Assembly: GCA_020184695.1 (NCBI GenBank)
Contig: JAANOX010000146.1
Coordinates: 186,001 to 250,000 of the forward strand
Length of the DNA: 64,000 bases
Origin: Histomonas meleagridis 2922-C6/04-290x
Taxonomy: Eukaryota > Protista > Parabasalia
Direction: 5' to 3'
Shown: positions 11,475 through 22,500 of the stretch, one piece after another
Numbering within the stretch: the stretch's first letter is position 1
Layout of the letters: each line of letters starts with the position of its first letter
Program-made: the position numbers and the translations under genes
Notes under the pieces: generated by a model
Told to the model about the DNA's origin: nothing
Databases searched by the model: none
The model's input: the letters and a program-made list of their open reading frames with translations, nothing else

Positions 11475-12071
11475 TTACTCAACGTAGGTTTCAAGGAATT
11501 TGACAGCAGCAGCGCCTAATTGCTTGTTAGCAGCAGCAATGGCACGTTGCTTCTTTTCCTTTTCTGCCTTCTTAGCTTCATGTAATTCAGCAGCTTTTGC
11601 AATCCTCTTTTCTTCAAGAGCTTGGACAACATGGCCATACTTCCATCCAAATGTTGTTGAGATCTTTCCAAGTGTTGTAACTGGGCGATCAGTACGAATT
11701 GCAACGACACGAAGAGCAGTTGGAACAACAAGTTTCTTGACACCTTCGTACTTCTCTGGGATGCCTTCGTAAACCTTAAGTCTGGCAAAGGCAGCAGCGC
11801 CACGAGCTGTCTTATAATTGACCATTCCGCGAACTGTACGAGCGAAGATTTCAGCTGGTGCACGTTCATGGAATGGACCATGGCGTGGGTTTGAGTTTGT
11901 TGTCTTTCTTAAGAAACGACGATATTTGTGATAATTGAAACGATGATCACCTGTTGTAACAATGCTTTCAGCGCGAACAACAACAATTTTCCTTCCGTTG
12001 AGTAATTGTTTAGCAATAACGCCTGCTAAACGACCTGAGACATGGCCTTTTCCATCAATTACTATCGACAT
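11475..12071 (-). CDS. RPL13A: 60S ribosomal protein L13a (uL13)
   Basis: IVIDGKGHVSGRLAGVIAKQLLNG...RHGPFHERAPAEIFARTVRGM; real ATG at 12071. Confidence 0.97.
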   Translation of the reverse strand: MSIVIDGKGHVSGRLAGVIAKQLLNGRKIVVVRAESIVTTGDHRFNYHKYRRFLRKTTNSNPRHGPFHERAPAEIFARTVRGMVNYKTARGAAAFARLKVYEGIPEKYEGVKKLVVPTALRVVAIRTDRPVTTLGKISTTFGWKYGHVVQALEEKRIAKAAELHEAKKAEKEKKQRAIAAANKQLGAAAVKFLETYVE

Positions 12072-12461
12072 CTGCAAAAAGGAAGGACCAAGCCGAAACC
12101 GTTTTGCTGGCGGTTATTTAACGGCTTCTTCTTTATGGTAATTTAAGCATAAGATACATATTAATTTAAGCAATAAAATATAATTTGGAAACTTCTTTAG
12201 TTTGGCAAAACATTCAATCTAATTTTAAGACAGTTTAATATAATTAATTCAAAAGCAATTAATCAGATTATTCAAAATGTAAATATAAAAAACTTAATGA
12301 AGAAACTTATAATCTTGGGCATGTGTTAAACCAATTTCAGATATTAAACTTTTATCTTCAGAGCTGAAAGTGTTTGTTTCTGGGTTCGAAGCAATTTTAA
12401 CATGCTTTGTTCGAACAAACTTTACTCAAAATGTTTAACGGTTTGGCCTTTCTTTTGCTCG
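12072..12461. promoter_or_regulatory. Divergent promoter region shared by RPL13A and RPS9, with M3 + M5 on each side
   Basis: Minus strand: AACGGTT 12103-12097 and CCTTT 12082-12078. Plus strand: AACGGTT 12437-12443 and CCTTT 12447-12451. Confidence 0.75.
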
Positions 12462-13034
12462 ATGACAAGTCATAACTTCGGCCGTACTTTCAAGAAACCA
12501 ATGCGTCCATACGAAAAGGAACGCATTCACCGTGAACTTAAGGTTGTCGGTGAATACGGTCTTAAGAACAAGCGTGAACTTTGGAGGGTTAATTATACAC
12601 TTGCCAAGATCCGTAAATCTGCTCGTAATCTTCTTATGCTTCCAGAAAATGACACAAAGCGCATCTTCGAAGGTGCTGCACTTCTTCGTCGTCTCACACG
12701 TCTCGGTGTTCTCGATGAAACAAAGCAAAAACTCGATTATGTACTTTCACTTACGCCAAATGATCTCCTCGATCGCCGTCTTCAAACACAAGTTCACAAA
12801 GCTGCACTTGCCAAATCAATTCATCATGCACGCACACTCATCAACCATCGTCACATCGCTGTCGAAAACCAACTTGTCAACCAACCACAGTTCCTTGTTT
12901 GGAAGGAATCAGAGCGCAATATCCGCTATGCTGATAACTCTGTCATGACAACAGAAAAGGCAGGACGTAAGAGGAGAATGAGGGCCAAGGACGCAGCCAA
13001 AAAGCAAGGAAAGGGCGACGATTTCTCTGAGTAA
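12462..13034 (+). CDS. RPS9: 40S ribosomal protein S9 (uS4)
   Basis: [22 protein letters not shown]...[13 protein letters not shown]...[11 protein letters not shown]; real ATG at 12462. Confidence 0.97.
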   Translation: MTSHNFGRTFKKPMRPYEKERIHRELKVVGEYGLKNKRELWRVNYTLAKIRKSARNLLMLPENDTKRIFEGAALLRRLTRLGVLDETKQKLDYVLSLTPNDLLDRRLQTQVHKAALAKSIHHARTLINHRHIAVENQLVNQPQFLVWKESERNIRYADNSVMTTEKAGRKRRMRAKDAAKKQGKGDDFSE

Positions 13035-13185
13035 AGATAAATAATTTTTTGATTGAATAAAAATATTTTTCAAATCAAATATAATTTCACATTCGTTGGA
13101 TATTTACAAACTTAGTTTAACATTTCATTAAAAGTTGTCTGGTTGTGTCAGCTTTAAAATAATAATAAAAAAATTTTAAATTTGT

Positions 13186-13710
13186 TTACTTTTCTTCATC
13201 ATTTTCAAGAGTATTAAGAATTTGCTCAGCAAGTGCTCCATGAACAGCCATTCCTTGTTTCCATCCTTCATTATCTGCACGCTTTGGGACTAATTCTTTT
13301 TCTTCTGCAAACTTGAATAATTGATAAAGAGTATTTTCGAGTTGTAACATCGAAAGAATATTAGGGTTGCTGTTTTGCTCTGTGAAATCAACAATTACAG
13401 CAAGTATTTGGTTAAGGTATTTGCCAATAATTAACTTAGTTTGATCTTCTTCATCTTTTGTTTTGTTTGGAACGACAGCTGTGGAATCACTAAGCTTTGA
13501 TAGATACTTTAAAGATGATGGCTCTATATTTTTTTGGTCGATTAAAGATGCAGAAGCAATGCATAGATTTTGGAGTCTTTGAAGTGTTTCTTGTGATCTT
13601 GCTAATTTTTCCTTTATTCTGTTATTTTCCTCATTCATTGCATCAATTTTTGCCTTTGTTTCCATAGCATTTTGAAGGATATTAAGGGATTGTTGGCTTG
13701 GGCGTTCCAT
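13186..13710 (-). CDS. Hypothetical coiled-coil protein (174 aa)
   Basis: ATG-started open frame with an N-terminal coiled-coil pattern. Confidence 0.7.
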   Translation of the reverse strand: MERPSQQSLNILQNAMETKAKIDAMNEENNRIKEKLARSQETLQRLQNLCIASASLIDQKNIEPSSLKYLSKLSDSTAVVPNKTKDEEDQTKLIIGKYLNQILAVIVDFTEQNSNPNILSMLQLENTLYQLFKFAEEKELVPKRADNEGWKQGMAVHGALAEQILNTLENDEEK

Positions 13711-13792
13711 TTCTTTGTTTAAGAAATAATTGAGAACGTTTGTTCGGATAAAGTTTGTGAAATAATTTTCACATTACCTGTTAAAATTTTAA

Positions 13793-14842
13793 ATGATTCT
13801 TTTACTTGCTTTTCTGGAGCATCCTCTTGGTGCTCCTCCATCAACATGGAAAAAATATAAAAAACATATCAACATAGAAAATGGAACCTTCCTTTGTTTT
13901 GATGGCTTAAAAATAATCCCACTTTCTTCACTCAATGATAATTATTTAGACTGCTTAGATGGTTCAGATGAACCTGGAACACCTGTTGGAACCAATCCAG
14001 AATTTTATTGTATCAATGGCAAAATTGCATCAAAATACATTTCAAGATGGAGTGTTTCTGATGGCATTTGTGATTGTTGTGATGGCTCAGATGAATTTTT
14101 AAATCCTCATTCAAATTGTACAAACACATGTGGCAAATACATCGAAAAGCGAAAAAAATTAATCAATGATATTGCTACTTGTTATAAGAAAGGAATCGCA
14201 TTAAATGAAGAATATAGGTTAAATTATACAAACATCACAAAACAAAGCAATATCAAGCATTATTTTCAACAATTTATTTTTAACATTTGTAATTCATTTG
14301 CTAACAAACTTGAAAATGATGAAATTCCTTCTCAATCGAATTCATCTTTTGTACGTATGATGACAACAATTTGGAATTCGACATTTATGCATGCAAAAGA
14401 AAGACAATCTTTTCTAAGTTTCATTTCTTCATCACTAAGGAAGTTATGCAAACGTTTTTCCTATGTTAATGTTAATACAAACGAAACCTCATATTTGTAT
14501 TTAATGAGTTTGAAGAAAAAATATGCATTTGAAAACTACGAAGTTTCGTTCATGAGAAAGGCTAAGCAAGGAAGCACCGTAATTGGTCGTTACAGGAACG
14601 TAAGTGGCTCAACAATGTTTTTCGATAATGGGAAAAAATGTTGGGATGGAAGGAGAAGAAGTTTCACTATGGAAATGGTATGTAGCAACGAGAATAAGTT
14701 GACAAGTGTTAATGAAGCTGAGACATGTGTGTACAGAGGAACTTTTGCTACTCCGATTGTTTGTGAACAGAGCTTAATTAACGGTCTCCCAATGATTGAA
14801 CTGAAGAAACTAAAAAGAATAAGAAAGGAACTGGGAATTTAA
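13793..14842 (+). CDS. Glucosidase II beta subunit-like protein (PRKCSH family: LDLa-like Cys region plus MRH domain)
   Basis: Signal peptide, NDNYLDCLDGSDEPGT, VSDGICDCCDGSDE, and C-terminal FDNGKKCWDG...RSFTMEMVC...VNEAETCVYRGTFATPIVC. Confidence 0.85.
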   Translation: MILLLAFLEHPLGAPPSTWKKYKKHINIENGTFLCFDGLKIIPLSSLNDNYLDCLDGSDEPGTPVGTNPEFYCINGKIASKYISRWSVSDGICDCCDGSDEFLNPHSNCTNTCGKYIEKRKKLINDIATCYKKGIALNEEYRLNYTNITKQSNIKHYFQQFIFNICNSFANKLENDEIPSQSNSSFVRMMTTIWNSTFMHAKERQSFLSFISSSLRKLCKRFSYVNVNTNETSYLYLMSLKKKYAFENYEVSFMRKAKQGSTVIGRYRNVSGSTMFFDNGKKCWDGRRRSFTMEMVCSNENKLTSVNEAETCVYRGTFATPIVCEQSLINGLPMIELKKLKRIRKELGI

Positions 14843-15432
14843 AAAATTATAAGTAAATGTTAGTGTATTTATAAATTAGAAACTTTTTCTTCACTATTAT
14901 CAAAAGAACATAATCAAAATCTAAAATCTCAGAAAATTCTCAGCAGGAAAATTTTTATGATGTTCGTTAATGATATATATTATCACCCCATTCAAAAATA
15001 AAAAAGAGTGAAATCATTTTTTAAGAAGATCCAGGTTTTTAAGAAATTTCCATCCTTTCTTCTTTGAATGACTTTGGGATTCGAATGGATTTTTTGGCAT
15101 TGGTGGACAAATCCCGGAATCTTTCTCTTTTAAAACTTTTATTTCTCCAAATTTTTGTAGTTAAAACATAAATTCATTATAACCACTTGGGATAATTTGC
15201 TGATAATTATCTTTTATTTATTCGATCATAATTTTCCCCTCATATATATTTAAATATCAAATGCTTGAATTATATCATGTTCACAAAATGATTAATAAAA
15301 TTCATGATAGTAAATCATTATAATCTATGATAACTCGTTTTTCCATTTATTTTTGTAATTTATTTCAAAAACATGATAACAGCAAAAACAACAAATTGAA
15401 AGTTCACATAAATTTCATGTTTATTAAATTTC

Positions 15433-16973
15433 TTAATTGCACTCGATATTGAATTTGTTGTCTTCCTTAAAATCATTTGCAAATGGATCATCTTCAATAT
15501 GCGTCATTTTTGATATTATGTAATCATTACTTACTTCAGTTTCAATCTCACCCATTTCGACATCTTCTGTTATATCTTTCTTATAATTTCGATGTCGTAT
15601 ATATATTATAACAATTAAACCTATAATCAATATTACAACAACTATACATACAACGACAATTACAATTGTAATATTATTATTATCATTTTGATTTATATCA
15701 TATTCCGATATAATTAAATAATATGGAGAATAGAATGAAATATATAATGAATATCGAACAATAGTATACATGTAAAATATGAAATCGGTATATAGATATG
15801 TATAATTTGAATTGATATTAAGTAATGTATATGTGTTTGATATAAATTGACTTAAAATATTTGTTTCGTCATAAACAAAAGAATATGTTAAAATAAATGA
15901 AAATGTATATTGCTCATTATATTTTAATGAATTGGTAAATGTATTCGAATTAGTAAATGTATTCGATTGAGTAAATGTATCCGATTGAGTAAATGTATCC
16001 GATTGAGTAAATGTATTCGAATTAGTAAATGTATTCGAATTAGTAAATGTATTCGACTGAGTATATGTATTCGAATTAGTAAATGTATTCGATTGAGTAT
16101 ATGTATTTGATTGAGTAAAAGTCAGAGTGGATAAGTCCATACTAATATCACATGAATATGTATATCCTGTATCTAATGATGGAATTTGTATGTTTTCTTT
16201 GATTGCACATCCGTCTTTAACCACCAATAATTCGATTCCATTTGCAATTGTTTGTGGAAATAATATCATTTTGCATTCGATACTTTTAAATACTGAATTA
16301 TATTTACAGATATTTGTTATATCCCAATTATCAAGTGGAACTTCATTATAATCGACATTTACCATACCGAAAAATGAATTATATGAACCTTTATGCTTTA
16401 AACCATTTAGAAAAAAAGAATATTCTGAAAGTGTTTGTTGCGTGATTTCAAATGAATCAAAGTGAATTGTCAAATATAAACGAGACATATTACGAGAAAG
16501 TGTTATTGTTACAGTATCCTTTTTTTCTTGATATGTACTTGATGTTCCATACATGTAATCCAAATCTTGCATATTAATTTTACTATTTTGCTCGCTTGTA
16601 TCATATCGTAAACTAACAGGATAATAACTAGTTAAATAAAAATACTCTGAAGCGAATGGGTGCATTAAGTCCGAACTTTGGAATATACCTGTTGAAGAGA
16701 GTGTCCATTTAGAAAAAAAGAAGTAATATCTTTCGAATAAAAACTTACCATAACCTGGTCGCCAGTTTCCCATGACGTATCTAACGCAAGAAGTTTTTTA
16801 CTAGTTAAAAATGATACATTATTAAATAATGTGTGGTTGAGAGATTTCGATTGAATGCAGTTATTGCTGTTAAAATTTACCCAACTTACATCATATTGTC
16901 CGATGATGCTTTCTGTTTGTGATCTTTGATATGTTGATACCGAAAAAGCATTTGAAAATAAAAAAAATATCAT
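15433..16973 (-). CDS. Type I surface protein with signal peptide, S/T-rich repeats and C-terminal TM helix; split by a frameshift near 16670-16700
   Basis: ORF 16665-16973 gives MIFFLFSNAF (signal). ORF 15433-16773 gives the T(Q/N)SNTF repeats, TM ITIVIVVVCIVVVILIIGLIVIIYI and an acidic tail. Confidence 0.65.
15935..16118 (-). repeat. 18-bp coding tandem repeat encoding T(Q/N)S(N/D)T(F/Y), about 10 units
   Basis: Plus-strand units such as GTAAATGTATTCGAATTA and GTAAATGTATCCGATTGA. Confidence 0.9.
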
Positions 16974-17982
16974 GAAATTAATGAATTTTATGAAAAGTTC
17001 AATTTTGATAGAATTTTACAACAGAAACTGGACGATAGATTATTTCTGAAGGTTAACGATCATTTGTCAAAAAATCAATACCTGATGAAAAAACCTGACT
17101 TCACTTTCTTCACTTTTTGAGAAAACTCAAAAAGTAGTATCGGTCTGCTTTTGCTCAGCGTTCGTCACAAAATATCAACTTAAGTTTAAAGTTTTTTGGA
17201 GATCATTCATCTATAGTTCAAACTTACAAAAGCGTAAGCATGCATTTTTTCCCATTAAACCAACACGTTTTAAATCTTTGAATTGATCTGGATAACTATA
17301 TTTATTTTACTTTTTTTAAATTTTAAACAACAGACCAATTTTGTCACTTCAAAAATAGTTTTATTGAACTTAGTTGTTTTGTCACCAAGTAATGCAACAG
17401 ATTTTGCTTATAATATGAACCTTTTTATTGTACTTAGTTTTAAATTGGCAATAAATTTTGTAACTTTAGCTTTATTTATAAAAAGCATTTTTTTTAAATA
17501 ATATTCATATATTAAAAGAAAACAAGAAAAATATATATTTTTCATTATTGTATGTTATGTTTTTCATAAATCATTTACCAAATCATATTAAATAAATTCT
17601 TCATTAACATTTGTAAGCACTTTAACATATTTATATTCTATCACACAAACATTATCATTATATAATATACAAATAAATTCATTTACATTTTCATATATTG
17701 ATTCATCACATACATATATTGAAACCTTTCGATTTGTTTTCTTCTTTTTCAACTATTTCTGATTTCTCTGAATTAATTTCTTCGTTATCAGAATGAAATT
17801 CTTCAATTTTGTTTGAACACGATTTCCTTAATTGTTTTTCTTCAAATTCGTCATTTTTAGATGAAAATGATACACCAAATAATGTGTGGTTGAGAGATTT
17901 GGATTTTATGAAATTGCTGTTAATATTTACAACTTACATCATAATATGATCTTTGATGATAATGTAAAAGCATTTGAATATA

Positions 17983-18010
17983 TAGGGTGGCCGATAAGTA
18001 ACCGGAATTT
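17983..18010 (+). repeat. Mariner left TIR TAGGGTGGCCGATAAGTAACCGGAATTT
   Basis: Reverse complement of 19232-19259 except at one base. Confidence 0.95.
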
Positions 18011-18058
18011 TGATGTGTGTTGAATTTCGAAAAAAGTATATAAATAAAAAATTATTGT

Positions 18059-19077
18059 TTATTGAATGTAGTTTCCATTATTAGCGACACAGGCTTCAAG
18101 TCGACGTATCCATTCAAAAAACAAAGATTATCAAAATCTTCACTTTTTGAGGCGAAAAATTCTTTAATGTCTTCTGTTAGATCATCTTCTGTTTCAAATT
18201 CATTTCCAGCAATAGAATTCTTCATAGTTCCGAACAGGCCAACATCGCATATAGCTAGATCGGGTGAATATGGGGGATGAGACAGAATAATGAGGCCCGA
18301 ATGTCTGAGATGCTCCTTAACGGTCTTCGCCGAATGACAGGGTGCATTATCGTAGTGCACCAGGAGCTTGTGTTTCATATTTCTTGATTTCTTCATAAGT
18401 TCAGAACCTTCGATATTCATTAAAATGTTATTTATAAAATAATTGGCGTCAATTTCAACGTGTGTTGGTTTGACGTCAATTAATTGTACCCCCTTTCCAT
18501 TGACAAAAATTGTAAACATCGTCTTTTTTGAAAAATGGGTTTCTTCAACCCTTTCTTCTAGATCATCTACATCAACTACCCACTTACTTTTATATTGGTA
18601 GCGATATATGAACCATGACTCATCCCCTGTTAATGAGAATTCGAAGCCTGTTGCTTCTTTATGTTTAATAATTGGGATAAGAATCTTCGCCAATTTTACT
18701 CTGCAACTTTTTTGTTCGGGGGTTAAAAAGTGCGGAACCCATCGAAGATTCATACATTTATATCTCAATGTTTGAGTAAGATGCCTTAATATTGTATCAT
18801 GTGATACATGTTACTCAAGTGCAATTTCACGAGATGAGGAGAATGGCTCCGTTTTGAGATGATCCTGGATTGAGACGATTAATTGTTCGTCTATCGGTCT
18901 TCCTTCCTTAGGCAGATTATTTAAATCTTCTCTGCCCATCTTTATCTCTTTAACCCAAAAATACACTTGGGTTTTTGAGAGGGCTTCGTCCCTATATACA
19001 TCTTTGAGTTCCTTGACTATATCAAGAATCCTCATGTTTTTGCGTAGAAGATACATGATGACGTACCTTTGTTCCAT
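18059..19077 (-). pseudogene. Mariner transposase with a premature TAA (18811-18813) and a C-terminal frameshift
   Basis: HTH ORF 18811-19092 and DDD ORF 18052-18768 are in frame across a single TAA. The expected C-terminus FEWIRRLEACVANNGNYIQ* lies in a shifted frame. Exactly 34 residues separate the second and third catalytic Asp. Confidence 0.9.
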
Positions 19078-19231
19078 CTGCTTATCGTACAATTTTTAAC
19101 GTACAGTGACCGTTTTTCGATTTTTCTCTATGATCTAAAGGAATTAATTTATCAAACTCATAACAATAAAAATAATTTATACAAGCTATTTATATATATA
19201 TTTATTTTGTTGATAAGTATTATGTGGGGGG

Positions 19232-19259
19232 AAATTCCGGTTACTTATCGGCCACCTTA
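19232..19259 (-). repeat. Mariner right TIR
   Basis: AAATTCCGGTTACTTATCGGCCACCTTA, followed by TA. Confidence 0.95.
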
Positions 19260-19520
19260 TAATAAAAAAATCATGAAATTGGGGATCATATTTTAAATTA
19301 TAATTTACAAAACATGTGAAAAGTTCAACTTTGATAGAATTTTACATAATATGCACCAAGACGAAGTTTCCACTTTACAATATCAAGATAGCATATAATT
19401 GATTTGGCTCTATAGCTAGAGATATGAATAAAAAGTGCCGATAGAGTGTCACTTTGCTTTACTCGTAAAACGATGCAAATTTTAGTCAATTTTTTAACAG
19501 TATCAATCAAATTAAATGAA

Positions 19521-22500
19521 ATGAAAATTGGTGCTGCTCTCTATGACAAAATTAAATCAATTCGTTTTAGTTTTCCTTTAAACTCAGAATTTCCAAATTC
19601 TATCTCATTTGCAGGTGTTCAAACAGGCGGATTAGTTGCATATGCTTCTTCAAATAATATAATTATTTTAATTGAAGGAAGATGGATTTCAGCTGTTTTA
19701 AAAGGTCACAAATCGAGAGTATGCACTGTTGCATTTGAAACTCATTTACCTCATATAATTTCTTGTGATGTGGATTCGACATGTTTCTTTTGGCATTATC
19801 ATGACTCTAAATGGCAAAATACCAATGTTGTTCAATTATATTCACCAGCTACATGTATTGCTTGGTATAATACTCGAAGAGAAGTTTGTATTTCCTCGCA
19901 AAAAGGAATGTTTTTTCATTCAATTTCAGAATTAGGTCAATCACCGGGAAAAAGGATGTGTTTGCAATCAACTTTTTGCCGGTATAACTTTGATGGGTCA
20001 CTTCTTGTATCATTCTATTCCAAAACCTTAACTGTTTTTATCCTTAGTACATCGCCTAATTTATCACAAGTCATTCGTCATCCTGGTCAGATTGTTTCCT
20101 TTGATTTTCATCCTCACTCACCAATATTCATGACCATTACATCAGACAATATTTTACGGATTTGGTATCAGTCTTCTCTTCTTAGCTTCAGCTGTACTTC
20201 TGCAATCCAGGTGCCATATCATGGAATGTTTTTATATGAGCCATTTATTTTCAATAGTATCAAATCTCATCATATTGAATCATCTGCGAAAATTGTTTTT
20301 GTTGACAATAAAAATCAACTCTTTAAAGTTGAGATTGGACCAAATGGAGAGCTTCCCAGTAAAATTGAATTTCCGAACTCGAAGAACGTTAAAGAGCGAA
20401 CGTTAATTTCAATACGAAAAACAAATCAAGGAATTGAAGGGTTATTTATAGGGGATAATTATATTTCGATCTTATCTAAGAATCCACATAAGTTTTATTA
20501 TCATAATCATAACATTATTCAAGCTGATTTTTCAGAGAATTCCAATTTTTTGTTTACGCTTGATTCAAATGGCGAATTATTTGTTTGGGCCATTTTTACT
20601 CCATATAAATCGAATAATTTCATATCAAAAGATGTGAAAAATGCAGTATGGATATCATCCAATGAATTATTATATATTCTTAATAATGAATTTTATATTT
20701 ATAATACAGAAACTAAAACAAATTCAAAATATAATTTCCCAAATGTCGAAAATATATATAAATTATATTTTATTGATAATGAAATTTTTGCAATAACAAA
20801 AAATCAAATAATATTAAAAGATAAAACAATTAACATAAAAGAATTTGATATCATTTCGATTAGTAAAAGTTTTCGAAAACAATTCATTATAATAACAACA
20901 ATTTTCAGCACAAATCAAATTAATGTTATATTATATCCTTCAATGGAAACTATTCAATGTAATGAACGTGATGAAAACATAAAAATTATTTCTATTTCTG
21001 CACTTTCATTAATATCATTTGTAATATTAACAGAAGAAAATTTAGAATTTTGGTATTTGATTGAGAACAAATTCCAATGTACGAATGAAATTTATTTACC
21101 GAATATGCGAGGAATATATTGTGACATAACATATTTAGGCGGCCGAATTTATTCATATGATAATAAACGCGTTTATTTGATTACAAATGGAGTAATTCCA
21201 ATATTAACATTACGTGATACTACATTAATGTGCATTGATAATATTGGAAACATTTGTGTCATTTCTAATGAAACATTTAATGTTTATCCACGTTGGTGTA
21301 TTCAAGAAACGGAGAAAAACTTTTTAGAGAATTCGAATACTATTATTGGTGGTGATCAACCACTTACAAATGTACATAATATGACCGAAACTATTTTACC
21401 TAAAATCATTGCACCAGTTTATAATAATTATATGATATCTCCTAAAACAATATTTTCCAATGATCAAAAAGAAGTTCATATTATTCAATCGACGTTATTT
21501 CATTTATATGAGTTTAATCTTTTAGATAAATTAAATCATTGTATACCACAACAAATCCCAGCAATACCTAATCAAGATATAATTCAAATCGCATTAAAAA
21601 TACCAAATAATTATAATAAAGAAACACATTTAACATTATATAATAAAATCCAACAAATTAAAGAAGATATTGATTTATTCGGATATAGATATTTAATGTC
21701 TGTTTTAGAAACAACTAATCCTCCATCATATTTTGCTTTATGGTTATCATTTTCATCAAGACAATCACAGATTATTATGTATTTGAAGAAATTTATTGAT
21801 TCGAATTCACTTTCTAAGTATAATATATCATCTTCAATTCATTCACATAATCTTTTAATAGATATAGTAAAAGCATCGTTATTAAACATGTGGAAATTAT
21901 ATAATAAAGTTGAACCAGTCGCTTTACTTTATGCAGCACTTGGAAATCTTTCGAAAATATCAAAGTTATATAAAATTACGAATGATATTGCACGTTCTGA
22001 ATACTTTTCGAAAGATTTCTCAAAAATATCTAATAGGAAAAGCGCGTTAAAAAATGCGTATTCTTCTTTATCTCATCAAAACTATGAAATGGCTTCGACA
22101 TTATTTTTAATTGCTAATGATTTAAAGTCATGTGTTAATGTAATATGTAATAAATTGGATGATCCTTTACTTGCGTTTTTAGTAATTCGATTAATAACTA
22201 AATCGAATTATAATTCGGAAGAAATGAAATGGTTTTTAAGTATCATTAATTGGAATGATGATATTATACCAATATTAATATCGAATTTATTTAAAGATAA
22301 TGTTAAATGTGAACAATTGTTACGTAAAGTAATAATAGAAAATGATCTATCGAAAAATATATCACAATTCGGTGATAGAAGAATTACATTATTCCAAATA
22401 TATAATCATATATCAAAGAAAATTGATATTTTACCACAAGTTTCATTAAATTTATTATTCGATGGATTATCACCGTTAGCGTTTTATATAAATAATTTAA

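Larger units (their letters stand above)
17983..19259 (-). mobile_element. Full-length (1277 bp) Tc1/mariner DNA transposon, DD34D mariner clade, defective transposase
   Basis: 28-bp TIRs with one mismatch, TA target-site duplication at 17981-17982 and 19260-19261; transposase motifs WVPH, GDESW, HYDNAPCH and YSPDLAICD. Confidence 0.95.
17860..19274 (-). pseudogene. Decayed duplicate of the 5' end of the 15433-16973 surface-protein gene, split by the mariner insertion
   Basis: 17878-17980 matches 16826-16955 and 19262-19350 matches about 16960-17020. Removing the element gives MIFLLYSNAF versus MIFFLFSNAF. Confidence 0.75.
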
